The translations under genes and the position numbers were made by a program. Shown one piece after another: positions 39,626 through 50,004 of a stretch of DNA of 64,000 nt; the stretch's first letter is position 1; every line of letters starts with the position of its first letter. A model generated the notes under the pieces. The model was not told the DNA's origin. It made no database searches and was given only the letters and a program-made list of their open reading frames with translations. The stretch is from Polyangiales bacterium (GTDB lineage: Bacteria > Myxococcota_A > Polyangia > Polyangiales > Polyangiaceae), in contig JBBRLQ010000002.1 in the NCBI GenBank assembly GCA_038231275.1, forward strand, positions 160,001 to 224,000. Reading direction: 5' to 3'.

Positions 39626-41668
39626 TTACAGGCGCGAAGCGAGGCGCCTGGCGATCACGCTGGAGAGGGCCATGATCGTGGACTGCGGGTTGACCCCGAG
39701 GCCGGTCGGCAACAGAGATCCGTCGCAGACGTAGACGCCGCGCGCACCGAAGCGCTCGCCGTCGGGGTTCACGCCGGCCGTTTTGGGGCTTCCTCCGACG
39801 CGGCACGTGCCGTTCACGTGGGCGGAGAAGAGGGCGCACTGGTTCGGTCCGAGCGCGCGCCCACCGATCTCGCGCAGATCGGCCTCGGTGCGGATGGTGA
39901 CGGCGGGGACGTGCAACGTCTTGACCTCCCGCGCGCCGGCCGCGAGGTGCAGGCGCGCGCTCGCCTCGATCGCGCGCGCGAGGTGCGCGGCGTCCTTGGG
40001 GCCGAGCCGGTAATCGATCTTGGTCTGGCCGTTGCGATCGACGTTGACGGAGCCGTTCGACACGTCGCGATCGGCACCGTCTCGCACGAGGGCGATGAAG
40101 GACCCGGTCTTTCGCATCGTCATCATCGCGCGCCGGTGCGCGTCGCCGAAGCCGCCGGTAACCGCTGCGGCGAGCGCGGGGTGCAGAGGCGGGCACTCGA
40201 TCCAGAAGCCGTAGCCGTGCGCGTCGAGGCGCAGATGCTCGTCGCACAGCGCGGTGAGGGGCATGCCGGCGAACGAGCAGACGTCGTGATCGTACTGGCC
40301 CAGCGTGGCGGTGGTCGGGTGGAGGCGTAGCCAGCGACCGACGCCGCCGCCGCCCATTCCGGACTTTTGGAGGAGCGCCGGTGTGCCGATCGCGCCGGCG
40401 GCGCACACGACCGCCTTCGCGTCGATCGACAGCCGAGCGCGCACCCGGCCGGTCGCGCGCTCGAGGACGCTCGCATGAACGCGCTTGCGAGGGAACGCGC
40501 CGCCCTTCTCGAGCACCTCGATGCGCTCGGCGCGGACGTCGGAGTAGAGGCGCGCGCCGGCCTGCATGGCGCGCGGAAGGAAGGTGGCGAGCGTCCCTTG
40601 CTTGGCGTCGTACCGGCAGCCGTACGTGCAGAACCCCGAGCGGACACAGCCCTTCGCGTTGATCTTGCCTGCGTGCGCGCGCCACCCGAGCGCGCGCGCG
40701 CCGTCGAGGAGCAGGCGATTGTTCGCCGAGTGCGCGTCGTCGGGGACGAGGCGCGCGTGGACCTCCTCCTCGATTCGGTCGTAGACGGGCGCCAAATCGC
40801 GCGGACGCATCCCGTCGGTGCCGAAGTCGTCTGCCCACTCGTCGAGGACGAAGTCGGGCGCGCGCAGCATGATCATCCAGTTGACGGTGGTGCCGCCTCC
40901 GACCGCCCTGCCCTGCAGAATCGAGATCGAGAGATCGGTGGTGGCGCGAAGCCCGCGATCGGCGAGGAGGCGATCGCCCATCGCTCCCTCGAGCTCGTCG
41001 AAGTCGTCGGGCGCGTAGTAGCCGCCCTCCTCGAGAACGATCACGTCGTGACCTGCCTCGGCGAGGCGCGCGGCCGCCACGCCGCCGCCCGCGCCGCTGC
41101 CGATGACGACGGCGTCGCACGACAAGCGCAGCTCGCCGGCCACCGTGTGCCCTTCGACGACGCCGAGGCGCGCGCGAGGCGCAGGCGTGAGCAGCATGCG
41201 ATGCGCTGACGGCGCGCTCCGTGCGATGGGCTCGTGCGCGACCGTCTCTCCCGCCGCCGGCCCCTCCCACGGGACATCGGGCGCGCGAACGTGCAAGGGT
41301 CCCGGATACCCGAGCTCGCGCGCCGCGTCGGGCTCGGCGTAGTACGTCGCGAGGATCGCCGCGCGCATCGCCTGGTACACGGTGCGCTGGAGCGGGAGCC
41401 GCGACGTCGACCACCGCGTGAGCATCCGGTCTTGGAGCGGCGGCGAGAGGCGCGCGAACGGGATCGGGCGAAGCGTCGTCGCGAGGGCGGCGGCGCGGCT
41501 GCCGAAGAGCCCAACGGCGCTTCGAAACTGCGCGTCGGCCGCCTCACCACACGCGGCCACGCGCGCCGCGACGAGGGCGCCGAGATCCTTCGCCACCGCA
41601 GCGCCGTCGTAGGCGTGCGGCGCGATCCGGCGGCAAACCGCGTCGAGCGTCTCGGTGTAGGATGGCAC
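39626..41668 (-). CDS. GMC oxidoreductase (long-chain alcohol oxidase-like)
   Basis: VIGSGAGGG, LEEG, GRAVGGGTTVN, CxxSGxCxYGC, SAHVNGTC, VCDGSLLPT..NPQSTI; start uncertain. Confidence 0.9.
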   Translation of the reverse strand: MPSYTETLDAVCRRIAPHAYDGAAVAKDLGALVAARVAACGEAADAQFRSAVGLFGSRAAALATTLRPIPFARLSPPLQDRMLTRWSTSRLPLQRTVYQAMRAAILATYYAEPDAARELGYPGPLHVRAPDVPWEGPAAGETVAHEPIARSAPSAHRMLLTPAPRARLGVVEGHTVAGELRLSCDAVVIGSGAGGGVAAARLAEAGHDVIVLEEGGYYAPDDFDELEGAMGDRLLADRGLRATTDLSISILQGRAVGGGTTVNWMIMLRAPDFVLDEWADDFGTDGMRPRDLAPVYDRIEEEVHARLVPDDAHSANNRLLLDGARALGWRAHAGKINAKGCVRSGFCTYGCRYDAKQGTLATFLPRAMQAGARLYSDVRAERIEVLEKGGAFPRKRVHASVLERATGRVRARLSIDAKAVVCAAGAIGTPALLQKSGMGGGGVGRWLRLHPTTATLGQYDHDVCSFAGMPLTALCDEHLRLDAHGYGFWIECPPLHPALAAAVTGGFGDAHRRAMMTMRKTGSFIALVRDGADRDVSNGSVNVDRNGQTKIDYRLGPKDAAHLARAIEASARLHLAAGAREVKTLHVPAVTIRTEADLREIGGRALGPNQCALFSAHVNGTCRVGGSPKTAGVNPDGERFGARGVYVCDGSLLPTGLGVNPQSTIMALSSVIARRLASRL

Positions 41669-41669
41669 G

Positions 41670-41927
41670 ATGACCTTGACCGAGAAGTTCGAGGACGCGC
41701 AGCGCCGCGTCAAGGAGCTAAAGACCGCCCCCGGCACCGACACGCTCCTGGCGCTCTATGCGCTCTTCAAGCAGGGCACTGCGGGCGACGTCTCGGGGTC
41801 GCGCCCCGGGATGATGGACTTCAAGGGTCGGGCGAAGTTCGACGCGTGGGCCGCCAAGAAGGGCACGTCGAAGGACGCGGCGATGGAGGCCTACGTCACC
41901 CTCGTCGACTCCCTTGCCAAATCCTGA
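41670..41927 (+). CDS. Acyl-CoA-binding protein
   Basis: LLALYALFKQGTAGD..RPGMMDFKGRAKFDAW..GTSKDAAMEAY. Confidence 0.93.
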   Translation: MTLTEKFEDAQRRVKELKTAPGTDTLLALYALFKQGTAGDVSGSRPGMMDFKGRAKFDAWAAKKGTSKDAAMEAYVTLVDSLAKS

Positions 41928-41981
41928 GCGGACGGGCTCGGCGTCAACGAGCTGACATGAGACCTGCTACGACGATGTGCG

Positions 41982-42308
41982 GTGGTGAGCACGGCGACCC
42001 GCAGGTTCGTATCGAAGCCGAGCGCGATGGCGGTGGGGTTGCCCGACGCCCTCGCGGAAGCCGCCACCCTGCACCTGGCGCCGCTGCCTGTCATGCGGGT
42101 GGCGCACGTCGCGGCGGCGTGTGAGCGAATGGTGGTGACGAGGCCACAGGTCATCGTCGTGATGGCCAACGCCCTCCAGGTCGAGGTTCTCCGCGAGCGC
42201 GCGCAGGATGTCGGCGCCGAGATCGCCGAGCTCTCGCCCGAGATGAACGATTTGCAGGTGAAGGCGGCGCTCATCAACGCGAAATACCGCGCCGAAAAGC
42301 GCTGGTGA
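41982..42308 (+). CDS. Hypothetical protein, possibly a degenerate receiver-like fold
   Basis: Coding-like ORF; AACERMVVTRPQVIVV resembles receiver alpha2-beta3 without the Asp. Confidence 0.5.
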   Translation: MVSTATRRFVSKPSAMAVGLPDALAEAATLHLAPLPVMRVAHVAAACERMVVTRPQVIVVMANALQVEVLRERAQDVGAEIAELSPEMNDLQVKAALINAKYRAEKRW

Positions 42309-42438
42309 ACGGGGCCGCGGTACGTTGCCCGCGGTGCGGCGTCAACGGCACGACGCCGCTCGTCGCCGCGCCGACGCCCTAGCCCGCGTGCGCGACCGCC
42401 GAACGGTCGAATCGTCGCGATTTTTGGGACCCGCAGAG

Positions 42439-42455
42439 TTGGCAAGAACATTGCT
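42439..42455 (+). promoter_or_regulatory. Sigma54 (-24/-12) promoter TTGGCAAGAACATTGCT
   Basis: GG-N10-GC with near-consensus TGGCA..TTGC, 15 nt before ATG 42471. Confidence 0.75.
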
Positions 42456-42470
42456 CAACACACGGTCATC

Positions 42471-42806
42471 ATGGCGACGTACACCGACGACGACTTTCTC
42501 GATCCCCTCCACGACATGGAGTCGACGGTCTCCTCGGCCAACGACTCCGACGACGCCCCCGACGACGACGCCGCCGGCGCGCCGCGCTCCGTCCAAGCGA
42601 TCCCGCCGCCGCCCATCCGGGGCTCGGTCAGCGAGCTGCGCCTTCGACGCAACCCCGCCCCGTTCACCGTCCTCGAGTTTGGCGCCGTGTTCGTCTGGAG
42701 TCAGGGTGACGCGTTCGACATTCCGCGCGACGTTCCGCCCCCGTCGGATCTCAGCGCGCTCCACCCCCAGCTCCGCGACACCGTGAGGCCCGGCCGCGTG
42801 GCCTGA
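42471..42806 (+). CDS. Small acidic hypothetical protein
   Basis: 111-aa ORF directly after a sigma54 motif. Confidence 0.55.
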   Translation: MATYTDDDFLDPLHDMESTVSSANDSDDAPDDDAAGAPRSVQAIPPPPIRGSVSELRLRRNPAPFTVLEFGAVFVWSQGDAFDIPRDVPPPSDLSALHPQLRDTVRPGRVA

Positions 42807-42897
42807 GGCGCTCGGCCAGCGCGCGAGCGTACAAATATCCCACAGAGACCAGAAAGCGACGTGCGTGGCGGTTTAGAGCAATTACTCTACCGCTCGC

Positions 42898-44513
42898 ATG
42901 CGCGCACGGATCGCCCTTCTTGCCGTGATCTCGGCCGCGTGCGCCAACTCTAGCGCGCCCGGCGCGGGCGCGGACACGTCGGGCAGCGGCGTCGACGGCG
43001 GCCCCGGCAGCGCTTCGACCGACGGCGGTGACGGCGGCGCGAACGGCGGCGGCGCCGCGGACGGCGAGGCCCGCGACGGCAGCGCGAGCGACGCCAGCGG
43101 CGACGCGTCGGGCCCCGCGCCCAGCGTCTTGCCCGTCGGCTTCGTCCGGCCCGACGTCGGAACACCGCTGACACCCGCGGAGATCGCTGCGGCCACCGAC
43201 GACGTGATCGCCCTCTTGAAGGGGACGCGCTACTTCGACGTCGTCGACGAGCGCGTGCACGGCTGGCCGGAATCGGAGCCCACTGGCTACTGGTACGGCA
43301 CGTGGTGGAGCGGCGTCAGCGTGACCAAGACGGGCGGCGCCGTCACGTACACGCACAGCGCGGACGGCGCCGACAACAACGGCCTGCGCACCGCGCCGCT
43401 CCTGGAAGGGGCTTGTTACGCGCACCTCATGTGGGGCAGCGCCGAGACCGCGCACCTCGTCCGCAAGCTCGCGCGCGGCTTCTCGTCGTGGGCGCTCGCG
43501 ATGAAGCGTGACGCGACGGACACGGCGGCGCCGATGCTCGCGCGCGCCCATTACGCGCGCAAGGTGACGTCGACGGACGCTGGACGCACGATCGTGATCG
43601 ACGTGTCCGCCGATCTGCCCGGCGTCGACGGCACGTCGCAGTACGTGCACCTTCCCAATAACCCCGCGTTCGGCGACATCTGGATCAAGAACCTCCGCTC
43701 GAAGGACGACATGGGCCACGTCCTCCGCGCGATCGTCCAGGCCGAGGCGTGCGCGACGCGCCTCGACGCCGCCGGACGCGCCGATCTCGCGCAGGCCATG
43801 GCGCTCTATGCGGCGTGGTCGAAGCAAGTGGAGGCCGACGGCTGGGGGATCGCGACGCTCGACAAGAACGCGCAGCCGTTCATGCCGCCGCTCAGCCAGA
43901 CACTCGCGCACTACACGCTGCTCGGCAACATCGAGTGCCCGGGCCCGCTGACGATGGCGCTCCTCGCGGACGGAACGCCGGGCTCGCTCGATTGCGGGAG
44001 CGGCATCAGCGCGGCGGAGCAAGCGCTCGGATCGCAGCTGAAGAACGGCGCGAAGCAGATCCTCCGCACTCACCACGAGTCGGCGGTGAACGCGGCCTGG
44101 TACAAGGGCGCGAACGCACCGGGCTCGCGATGCTGAAGGGCCTCGCCACGCGCATCGAGACCGATCGCGCGCTCCTTCTGGGCCCCAACCCGCCTGCCGA
44201 TCTCGACGCGAAGGACATCGCGTCGATGCTCCTCCACGCGTCGAACGCCGGCGTGCCGCTCACGAGCGATGAGGTGCGCTGGCTGCACGGACGCATCAAG
44301 CTCGCCGCGCAGACGTTCCTCGCGCCGGCCGCCGCGGCCGCCTACCACGTGTTCGACGCGGCGACGCCCGACGGCGCGTATCCTTACGAGCCGGGCGGGG
44401 ACGGACTGACGTTCCTCGACCTCGGCGTCCTCCTCGGTCAGTGCGCCGCGCCGTACCGCAACCCGACGACGCGAACGATGATCGACTGCACGCGCTTGCT
44501 CGCCGCGCCCTGA
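42898..44513 (+). CDS. Hypothetical lipoprotein, apparently split by a frameshift near 44120 (42898..44136 plus 44130..44513)
   Basis: SAAC lipobox and Gly/Asp linker; coding-like sequence continues in another frame (GLAMLKGLATRIE..). Confidence 0.65.
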
Positions 44514-44521
44514 CGCTGCGG

Positions 44522-46165
44522 CTATTTCGCCTCGGCCGCGATCGCCTCGGCTTCGCGGGCGGCATCGGACGCGCGCGTCTTCGCGTCTCCGGTGAGGAGC
44601 GACTCGGCCTTGCGGAAGCGTGCCGCCACGTCCTGCCAATGCGCGCGGCTCGAGGCGCGCGGCGTGCTGACGCGCTTGATCCACGCCGCGTCGAAGGCCG
44701 CGAAGCCCGCGTAGGGCCCCCCGCCGGACGCCACGGCGTCGAGCGCCGCGAGCTGACCGATGCCGAGACCCTCGGGCGGCGGACGGCGCATCATCTGGGC
44801 AGCGTCGTCGGGACCGCCGCGGAGCGCGATGGCGAGCGCGAGGACGAGCTCCGCCTCGCGCGGACCACCTTTGTCTCCTTTGTCCCCGCCGGCGAGGCGC
44901 GCGAGGCTCGCCGCCTCGTCGAAGTCGACCGAGCGCCAGTACGCGCGCCCGAGATCGAGCCGACCGCGGGCGGCGAGGGCCGCGACATCCGCCGACGGTG
45001 GCTCGGCACGCAGGCGGGAGCGGAGCGGCTGCGGCATCCCGTTGGTGAGGAGGCCCGCCACGCCGTCGGCGTCGGACACCGTCTTCACGTCGACGAGCGC
45101 TGCGGCGTAGAAGGACGAGAGACGACGCGCGAGGCGATGCGACGCGTCGGCGGCGGTCGACGCCGGGAGCGGAGGAAGGAGCAGCGCATCGAGCGCGTCG
45201 ATTCGTCGTCCTGCGTACAGCTTGCCGAGGACCTCGCGCGCCGTCGCGACGCGCCGATCGCGCACGACCCCGAGCGACGCGAGATCCTTCAGGCCGACGA
45301 GCACCGCGTCGCGCCCTCTCTCCTTGCGCGGCTCCAGCATCTGATCGAGCTGCGCCTCGTAGATGCCCTTCAGCTCGGCGTCGCCCGCGATGGCGTCCGG
45401 CACCGGCACCGCGCGCACGACCTCGACGAAGCGAAGATCGGCGAGCCCCGCCTCCACCGCCGCCACCGCGCGTCCGTAGCCGCGAAGGTGCGACGCTTGC
45501 ATCGACAGATCCTCGATGAGCTTCGCTTGCGTGGCGATCCAGGTCTTGAGCGGCCCCTTGATGAACGCGAGCACGCGCTCCTTGTCGAACGGGGGCGTCG
45601 CCTTGGGAGGATTCTCGACGGTCCGCGACAGACGCGCGGCGATGGCGAGACCGCTGAGCGCGTGCTGGAGCTCCGCCGACGGCCCCGTCCTTCCTACGAG
45701 GGGCGCCGCGAGCGCGTCACCACACGCCGCCTCGGCGCTCTCGATGCGCAGCGCGCGCACCGCGCCGCCCGGCAGCTGGGTGCACGCCTCGAGATCGACG
45801 AGCAGCGCGTCACGCGCGCCGCGATCCGTCTCCGCCAGCGCGAGGTCGAGCGACGCGAGCGCGTCGTCGCAGCGCAACTTCCCCGCCTTCTTGCGCGCCA
45901 GGTACGCCGCGCAGATCGCCGGCGGAGCCGCGAGCCCTTTGGGCGCGTCGGGCAAGCCGGTCGCGATCGGATCGTACGCGACGGGCGCGAGCGACTCTTG
46001 GCGGAGGGTGCCTTCCAGAGCGAACGGGGTCGCGGTCGAGGTCGGCGTCGGGGTCGGCGTCGGGGTCGCCGTCGAGGTCGATGGCGCGTTCGGAGCGGGT
46101 GTCGCCCCGCCACAGGCGAGAGAGAGCGCGAGACCGGGCAGGAGAAGAAGAGCAGCGAATTTCAT
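44522..46165 (-). CDS. Hypothetical helical lipoprotein with Thr/Pro linker
   Basis: ATG 46165 overlaps uppP stop; MKFAALLLLPGLALSLAC lipobox. Confidence 0.7.
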   Translation of the reverse strand: MKFAALLLLPGLALSLACGGATPAPNAPSTSTATPTPTPTPTSTATPFALEGTLRQESLAPVAYDPIATGLPDAPKGLAAPPAICAAYLARKKAGKLRCDDALASLDLALAETDRGARDALLVDLEACTQLPGGAVRALRIESAEAACGDALAAPLVGRTGPSAELQHALSGLAIAARLSRTVENPPKATPPFDKERVLAFIKGPLKTWIATQAKLIEDLSMQASHLRGYGRAVAAVEAGLADLRFVEVVRAVPVPDAIAGDAELKGIYEAQLDQMLEPRKERGRDAVLVGLKDLASLGVVRDRRVATAREVLGKLYAGRRIDALDALLLPPLPASTAADASHRLARRLSSFYAAALVDVKTVSDADGVAGLLTNGMPQPLRSRLRAEPPSADVAALAARGRLDLGRAYWRSVDFDEAASLARLAGGDKGDKGGPREAELVLALAIALRGGPDDAAQMMRRPPPEGLGIGQLAALDAVASGGGPYAGFAAFDAAWIKRVSTPRASSRAHWQDVAARFRKAESLLTGDAKTRASDAAREAEAIAAEAK

Positions 46166-46980
46166 GCGTGCATTCCCAGTGTGAGGAGGACCACGACCCC
46201 CAGCGCGATCCGGTAGTACCCAAACGGCTCGAGACCGCGCTTCTGCAAGTACTTCACGAAGCCCGCGATCACGACCCACGCGACGAAGAACGACACCACG
46301 AAGCCGATCGCCACGTTGAGAACCCCCGTCTGCGCGAGCTCGTGGCGTCCCTTGTACGTCTCGTAGGCGGTCGCCGCGCCGAGCGTCGGGAGCGCCAGCA
46401 AGAACGAGAACTCGGCTGCCGTCGCGGTCGAGAGGCCGGTCGCTTGCCCCGCGAGGATCGTGCACATCGACCGTGAGGTGCCGGGCCAGAGCGAGAAGCA
46501 CTGCCCGATCCCGATCAGCAGCGCGCGCTTCGGCGTGACGTGCTCGAGGCCGACGAGACCCGTCGTCCCGCGCGATGCGCGGACGCGCTCGACGACGATC
46601 ATGATCACGCCGCCGACCACCAGCGCGGCGGCGACAGGCATGGGGCCGAAGAGGTGGGCCTTGATCGCCTTCCGAAAGAGGAGGCCCGCCACCGCGGTCG
46701 GCGCGAAGCCCGCGGCGAGCGCGAGCAAGAGATCGACCGCCGCGCGATCGCGGACCAGGAGCCCACGCGCGCGACGCCCCAGCAGCTCGCGGTACTGCAC
46801 CACGACAGCGAGCACCGCGCCGAACTGGATCACGATGTCGAACGAGCCCGAGCCTTCGGTCTTCTGCCCGAGGCGCTCGAGCAACGCGCCGAAGAGAATG
46901 AGGTGCCCCGTCGACGAGATCGGCAGGTACTCGGTGAGCCCCTCGACCACGCCGAGGATCATCGCGACGAGCGGTGTCAT
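46162..46980 (-). CDS. uppP: Undecaprenyl-diphosphate phosphatase (BacA)
   Basis: GVVEGLTEYLPISSTGHL, IQFGA, PGTSRS, AAEFSFLL. Confidence 0.96.
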   Translation of the reverse strand: MTPLVAMILGVVEGLTEYLPISSTGHLILFGALLERLGQKTEGSGSFDIVIQFGAVLAVVVQYRELLGRRARGLLVRDRAAVDLLLALAAGFAPTAVAGLLFRKAIKAHLFGPMPVAAALVVGGVIMIVVERVRASRGTTGLVGLEHVTPKRALLIGIGQCFSLWPGTSRSMCTILAGQATGLSTATAAEFSFLLALPTLGAATAYETYKGRHELAQTGVLNVAIGFVVSFFVAWVVIAGFVKYLQKRGLEPFGYYRIALGVVVLLTLGMHA

Positions 46981-47002
46981 CGCCCGTCAGAATGCCACAG
47001 CT

Positions 47003-47857
47003 TCAGTGATGGAGGACGAACCGCCACGCGACGTAGGCCGCGGCGACGAGGACGAGCACGAAGATCGGCACGAGCCATCCCGTGCTGCTCTCCTTCTGCA
47101 TCGGCTGGGGCGCCGCTTTTTTGATCGCCTTCGAGGGCTTGTCTGCCGGGCGCGGCGCGTCGGACGTGGCGGCAGCTTGCGCGGCGGCCTTTGCCTCGGC
47201 GACGGCGCGCGTTTGCTCCTCCGCGCGGCGCGACTCTGCGCCGGTGTCGGCTTCTGCCTGACGGGCGGCGGCGACGCGCCCTTCCTCGGCCCGGCGCTCG
47301 ACGGCCTCGCCCTCGATGCGCTCGGCGGCGCGACGCGCGGCCTCGCGGACCTCTTCGTCGCGGCGGGCCTCCTCGGCGGCGGCCTCGGCGGCGGCCTCGG
47401 CGGCGTGCGCTTCCTCGGCGGCGCGCTTTGCCTCTTCGGCCCTGCGCGACTCCTCGGCCCGCTTCGCTTCATCTGCGCGACGGGTCTCCTCCGCCCTGCG
47501 AGCCTCTTCGGCCGCGCGACGACGGGTCTCCTCCGCCTTGCGCGCCTCTTCGGCCGCGCGACGACGAGCCTCCTCCGCCTTGCGCGCCTCTTCGGCCGCG
47601 CGACGACGAGCCTCCTCCGCCTTGCGCGCCTCGTCCGCCTTGCGAGCCTCCTCACGCCGCGTCTCCTCGGACCGCCTCGCCTGATCGGCGCGCGCGACCT
47701 CCGCAGCTTGCGCGCTGTCGGCGCTGGCGGCCGGCCTGACGGACGACGACGCGCCGCCACCTCCGCCCGTCCCTCGCTGCGCCTGCAGCGTGGCAGCGTT
47801 CGACTTCACTGTGACGAGGAGCTTCTCGAGCTTGGCGATGCGTTCCTGAGTATTCAC
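47003..47857 (-). CDS. Ala/Glu/Arg-rich coiled-coil protein with C-terminal TM anchor
   Basis: Repeats of EEARKAEEARRRAA; terminal WLVPIFVLVLVAAAYVAWRF; no N-terminal signal. Confidence 0.75.
   Translation of the reverse strand: MNTQERIAKLEKLLVTVKSNAATLQAQRGTGGGGGASSSVRPAASADSAQAAEVARADQARRSEETRREEARKADEARKAEEARRRAAEEARKAEEARRRAAEEARKAEETRRRAAEEARRAEETRRADEAKRAEESRRAEEAKRAAEEAHAAEAAAEAAAEEARRDEEVREAARRAAERIEGEAVERRAEEGRVAAARQAEADTGAESRRAEEQTRAVAEAKAAAQAAATSDAPRPADKPSKAIKKAAPQPMQKESSTGWLVPIFVLVLVAAAYVAWRFVLHH
47485..47650. repeat. About 42-bp coding tandem repeat (14-aa unit), boundaries approximate
   Basis: Repeated cctccgccttgcgcgcctcttcggccgcgcgacgacg units. Confidence 0.8.
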
Positions 47858-47975
47858 GTGTCCTCACAGGGTCGCCGAAATGGCCGAGCTTTACAAGCCG
47901 GTCCCAGCAGGCGCGCCGACCAGGTGCGCAGGCGGGTAGGCGCGAACCGGCGCGTGTCGCGCTAAGCTCCTGCGC

Positions 47976-48368
47976 ATGAAAAAGACGGAAGAGGAGTGGA
48001 AGGCGATCCTCACCCCCGAAGAGTACGAGGTCACGCGCCGCAAGGGGACCGAGCGGGCGTTTAGTGGCAAATATTGGGACACGAAGGACGCCGGCACCTA
48101 CACGTGCAAGTGCTGCGGCGCGAAGCTGTTCCTGTCGGACACGAAGTTCGACAGCGGCTGCGGCTGGCCCAGCTTTTTCGCGCCTGCCGACGGCGCGCCC
48201 GTCGAGGAGCACCAGGACCGCTCGCATTTCATGGTGCGCACCGAGGTCACGTGCAAAGACTGCGGCGCGCACCTCGGGCATGTGTTCGAGGACGGCCCGC
48301 AGCCGACCGGCCTCCGCTACTGCATCAACTCGGCGTCCATCGACCTCGAGCCCAAAAAACCCGCCTGA
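47976..48368 (+). CDS. msrB: Peptide methionine (R)-sulfoxide reductase
   Basis: [40 protein letters not shown]. Confidence 0.97.
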   Translation: MKKTEEEWKAILTPEEYEVTRRKGTERAFSGKYWDTKDAGTYTCKCCGAKLFLSDTKFDSGCGWPSFFAPADGAPVEEHQDRSHFMVRTEVTCKDCGAHLGHVFEDGPQPTGLRYCINSASIDLEPKKPA

Positions 48369-48385
48369 TCGGCTACCCTCATCGT

Positions 48386-49987
48386 GTGAGCCGCGGGGTC
48401 GTCGTCATCGCGTTGGGGGTCGCCGCGTGCGCGACGGCGGGCCACGCCGAGCCTCCGTATGCCCCGCCGCCCGCCTCGACCATCCTCGACGATCCTGGGA
48501 CCGTGAAGATCCGACGCGAAGTCTTCCTCGTCGAGGGGGTCGCGGCGCCGCCCAACCCCGTGCGCAACGTGGCGACGCCCGCCGAACAGAACAAGGTGCG
48601 CGTCGTCCGCTACCGCGTCGACGCGACGCCGCCGAAGCCCGCGCGCGCGGTCGTCGTGATGATGCCGGGGTTCCTCGCCGGCACCGGCAGCTTCGACGGA
48701 CTCGCGCGCGCGCTCGTGCGACGGAGCACCGAGGGCGATGCGATCGAGGCGTGGGCGATCGATCGGCGCGCGAACCTCCTCGAGGACACGCACGGCCTCG
48801 ACGTCGCCGAGGTCCGCCACGATCCATCCATTGCGCAGCGCTACTACCTCGACGGCGAGACGGTCGAAGGCAAGACCTTCGGAGGCTACATCCCCGACGG
48901 CGCGCCGCACGCGAGCGAGTGGGGCCTGGCGACGGCGCTCGGCGATCTGCGTAGGGTGATCAAATCGGCGGGGAGCCCTGCGCACGTGGTCCTCCTCGGG
49001 CATTCGCTCGGCGCCGACATGGCCGAGGAGTACGCGGCGTGGGATTTCGGGCCCGACGGCCGTGGGATGGACGACGCCGCGGCGTTCGTCATGCTCGACG
49101 GCGGCACTGGCGACGAAGGCAAGCCCGGCCCCAGCGTCGACAAGGCAACGTACGAGTCGAGCCAGGCGAGCGCCGCGTTCGGCGTCACCGGGCTCGGCGC
49201 GATCCGCCAGGGCGACACGCTTACGCAGCTCCCCTTCCTCGGCACCAAGGCGCTCGTCGTCGCCGAGTACATCGCGATGCGATCGCGGTGGAGCGGCGCC
49301 GCGATCGTGGCGGACGACGCGCGCGACGCGCTGCTCGGCACGTTCCTCGGCCTCACTGCGGTCCCGAAGATGACCAACCGCGCGGCGTTCGCGCTCGCCT
49401 TCGACGACGCATCGAGCGGCCTCACGATCGCCGCTGTCTCGTGCGGGGCCGCGACCGGCGGCGCGATGACCTCGTACCAGAGCGCGTTCGGGGCGACACT
49501 CTTCCACCCGTCCGATCCGAGCGCGACCTACGATTGGGTCTCCTACGACAAGACCGTGCCCGCCGAGGTGACGTCGGCGGACGACTTCGCGCGCGCCTGG
49601 TACGACGGGCCAGGGCTGAACCTCGCCGAGTGGTACTTCCCCAAACGCCTCTCGCTCGACGTGCCCGCCGCAGGGACGCTGGTCGTCGGCGATCAGGACT
49701 GGCAAATGACGTACGGCCTCGCCGCAAAGCACGGGCACGCGATCGACAAGCCGATCCTCGCGATCGCCTTCGCGCTCGAGAAGAGCGAGTCGGCGTTCGA
49801 CGGCCTCAAGGCGACCGTCGCGCATCCCGACAAGGTCATCACCGCCGCGTACCCGACGCTCACGCACGTCGATGGCCTCATGGGCGTCGACGCCCCGGGC
49901 TCGCTGCCGGCTCAGGTGTACGACAAGGTGGCGTCGTTCGTCCGGTCGAGCACGCCCACGGGCGGCGACGTCCTGCCCATTCGCTGA
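48386..49987 (+). CDS. Secreted/lipoprotein alpha/beta hydrolase
   Basis: GTG 48386 with VAAC lipobox, in ORF 48074..49987; MPGF, IDRR, LGHSLG, THVD. Confidence 0.75.
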   Translation: MSRGVVVIALGVAACATAGHAEPPYAPPPASTILDDPGTVKIRREVFLVEGVAAPPNPVRNVATPAEQNKVRVVRYRVDATPPKPARAVVVMMPGFLAGTGSFDGLARALVRRSTEGDAIEAWAIDRRANLLEDTHGLDVAEVRHDPSIAQRYYLDGETVEGKTFGGYIPDGAPHASEWGLATALGDLRRVIKSAGSPAHVVLLGHSLGADMAEEYAAWDFGPDGRGMDDAAAFVMLDGGTGDEGKPGPSVDKATYESSQASAAFGVTGLGAIRQGDTLTQLPFLGTKALVVAEYIAMRSRWSGAAIVADDARDALLGTFLGLTAVPKMTNRAAFALAFDDASSGLTIAAVSCGAATGGAMTSYQSAFGATLFHPSDPSATYDWVSYDKTVPAEVTSADDFARAWYDGPGLNLAEWYFPKRLSLDVPAAGTLVVGDQDWQMTYGLAAKHGHAIDKPILAIAFALEKSESAFDGLKATVAHPDKVITAAYPTLTHVDGLMGVDAPGSLPAQVYDKVASFVRSSTPTGGDVLPIR

Positions 49988-50004
49988 AGAAAAAGAACGA
50001 AGGC

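Noticed and set aside
47485-47650. Regularly spaced repeats that might suggest a CRISPR array (also 220-350 and 56850-57040)
   Set aside because: Contiguous in-frame coding repeats without unique spacers; no cas genes
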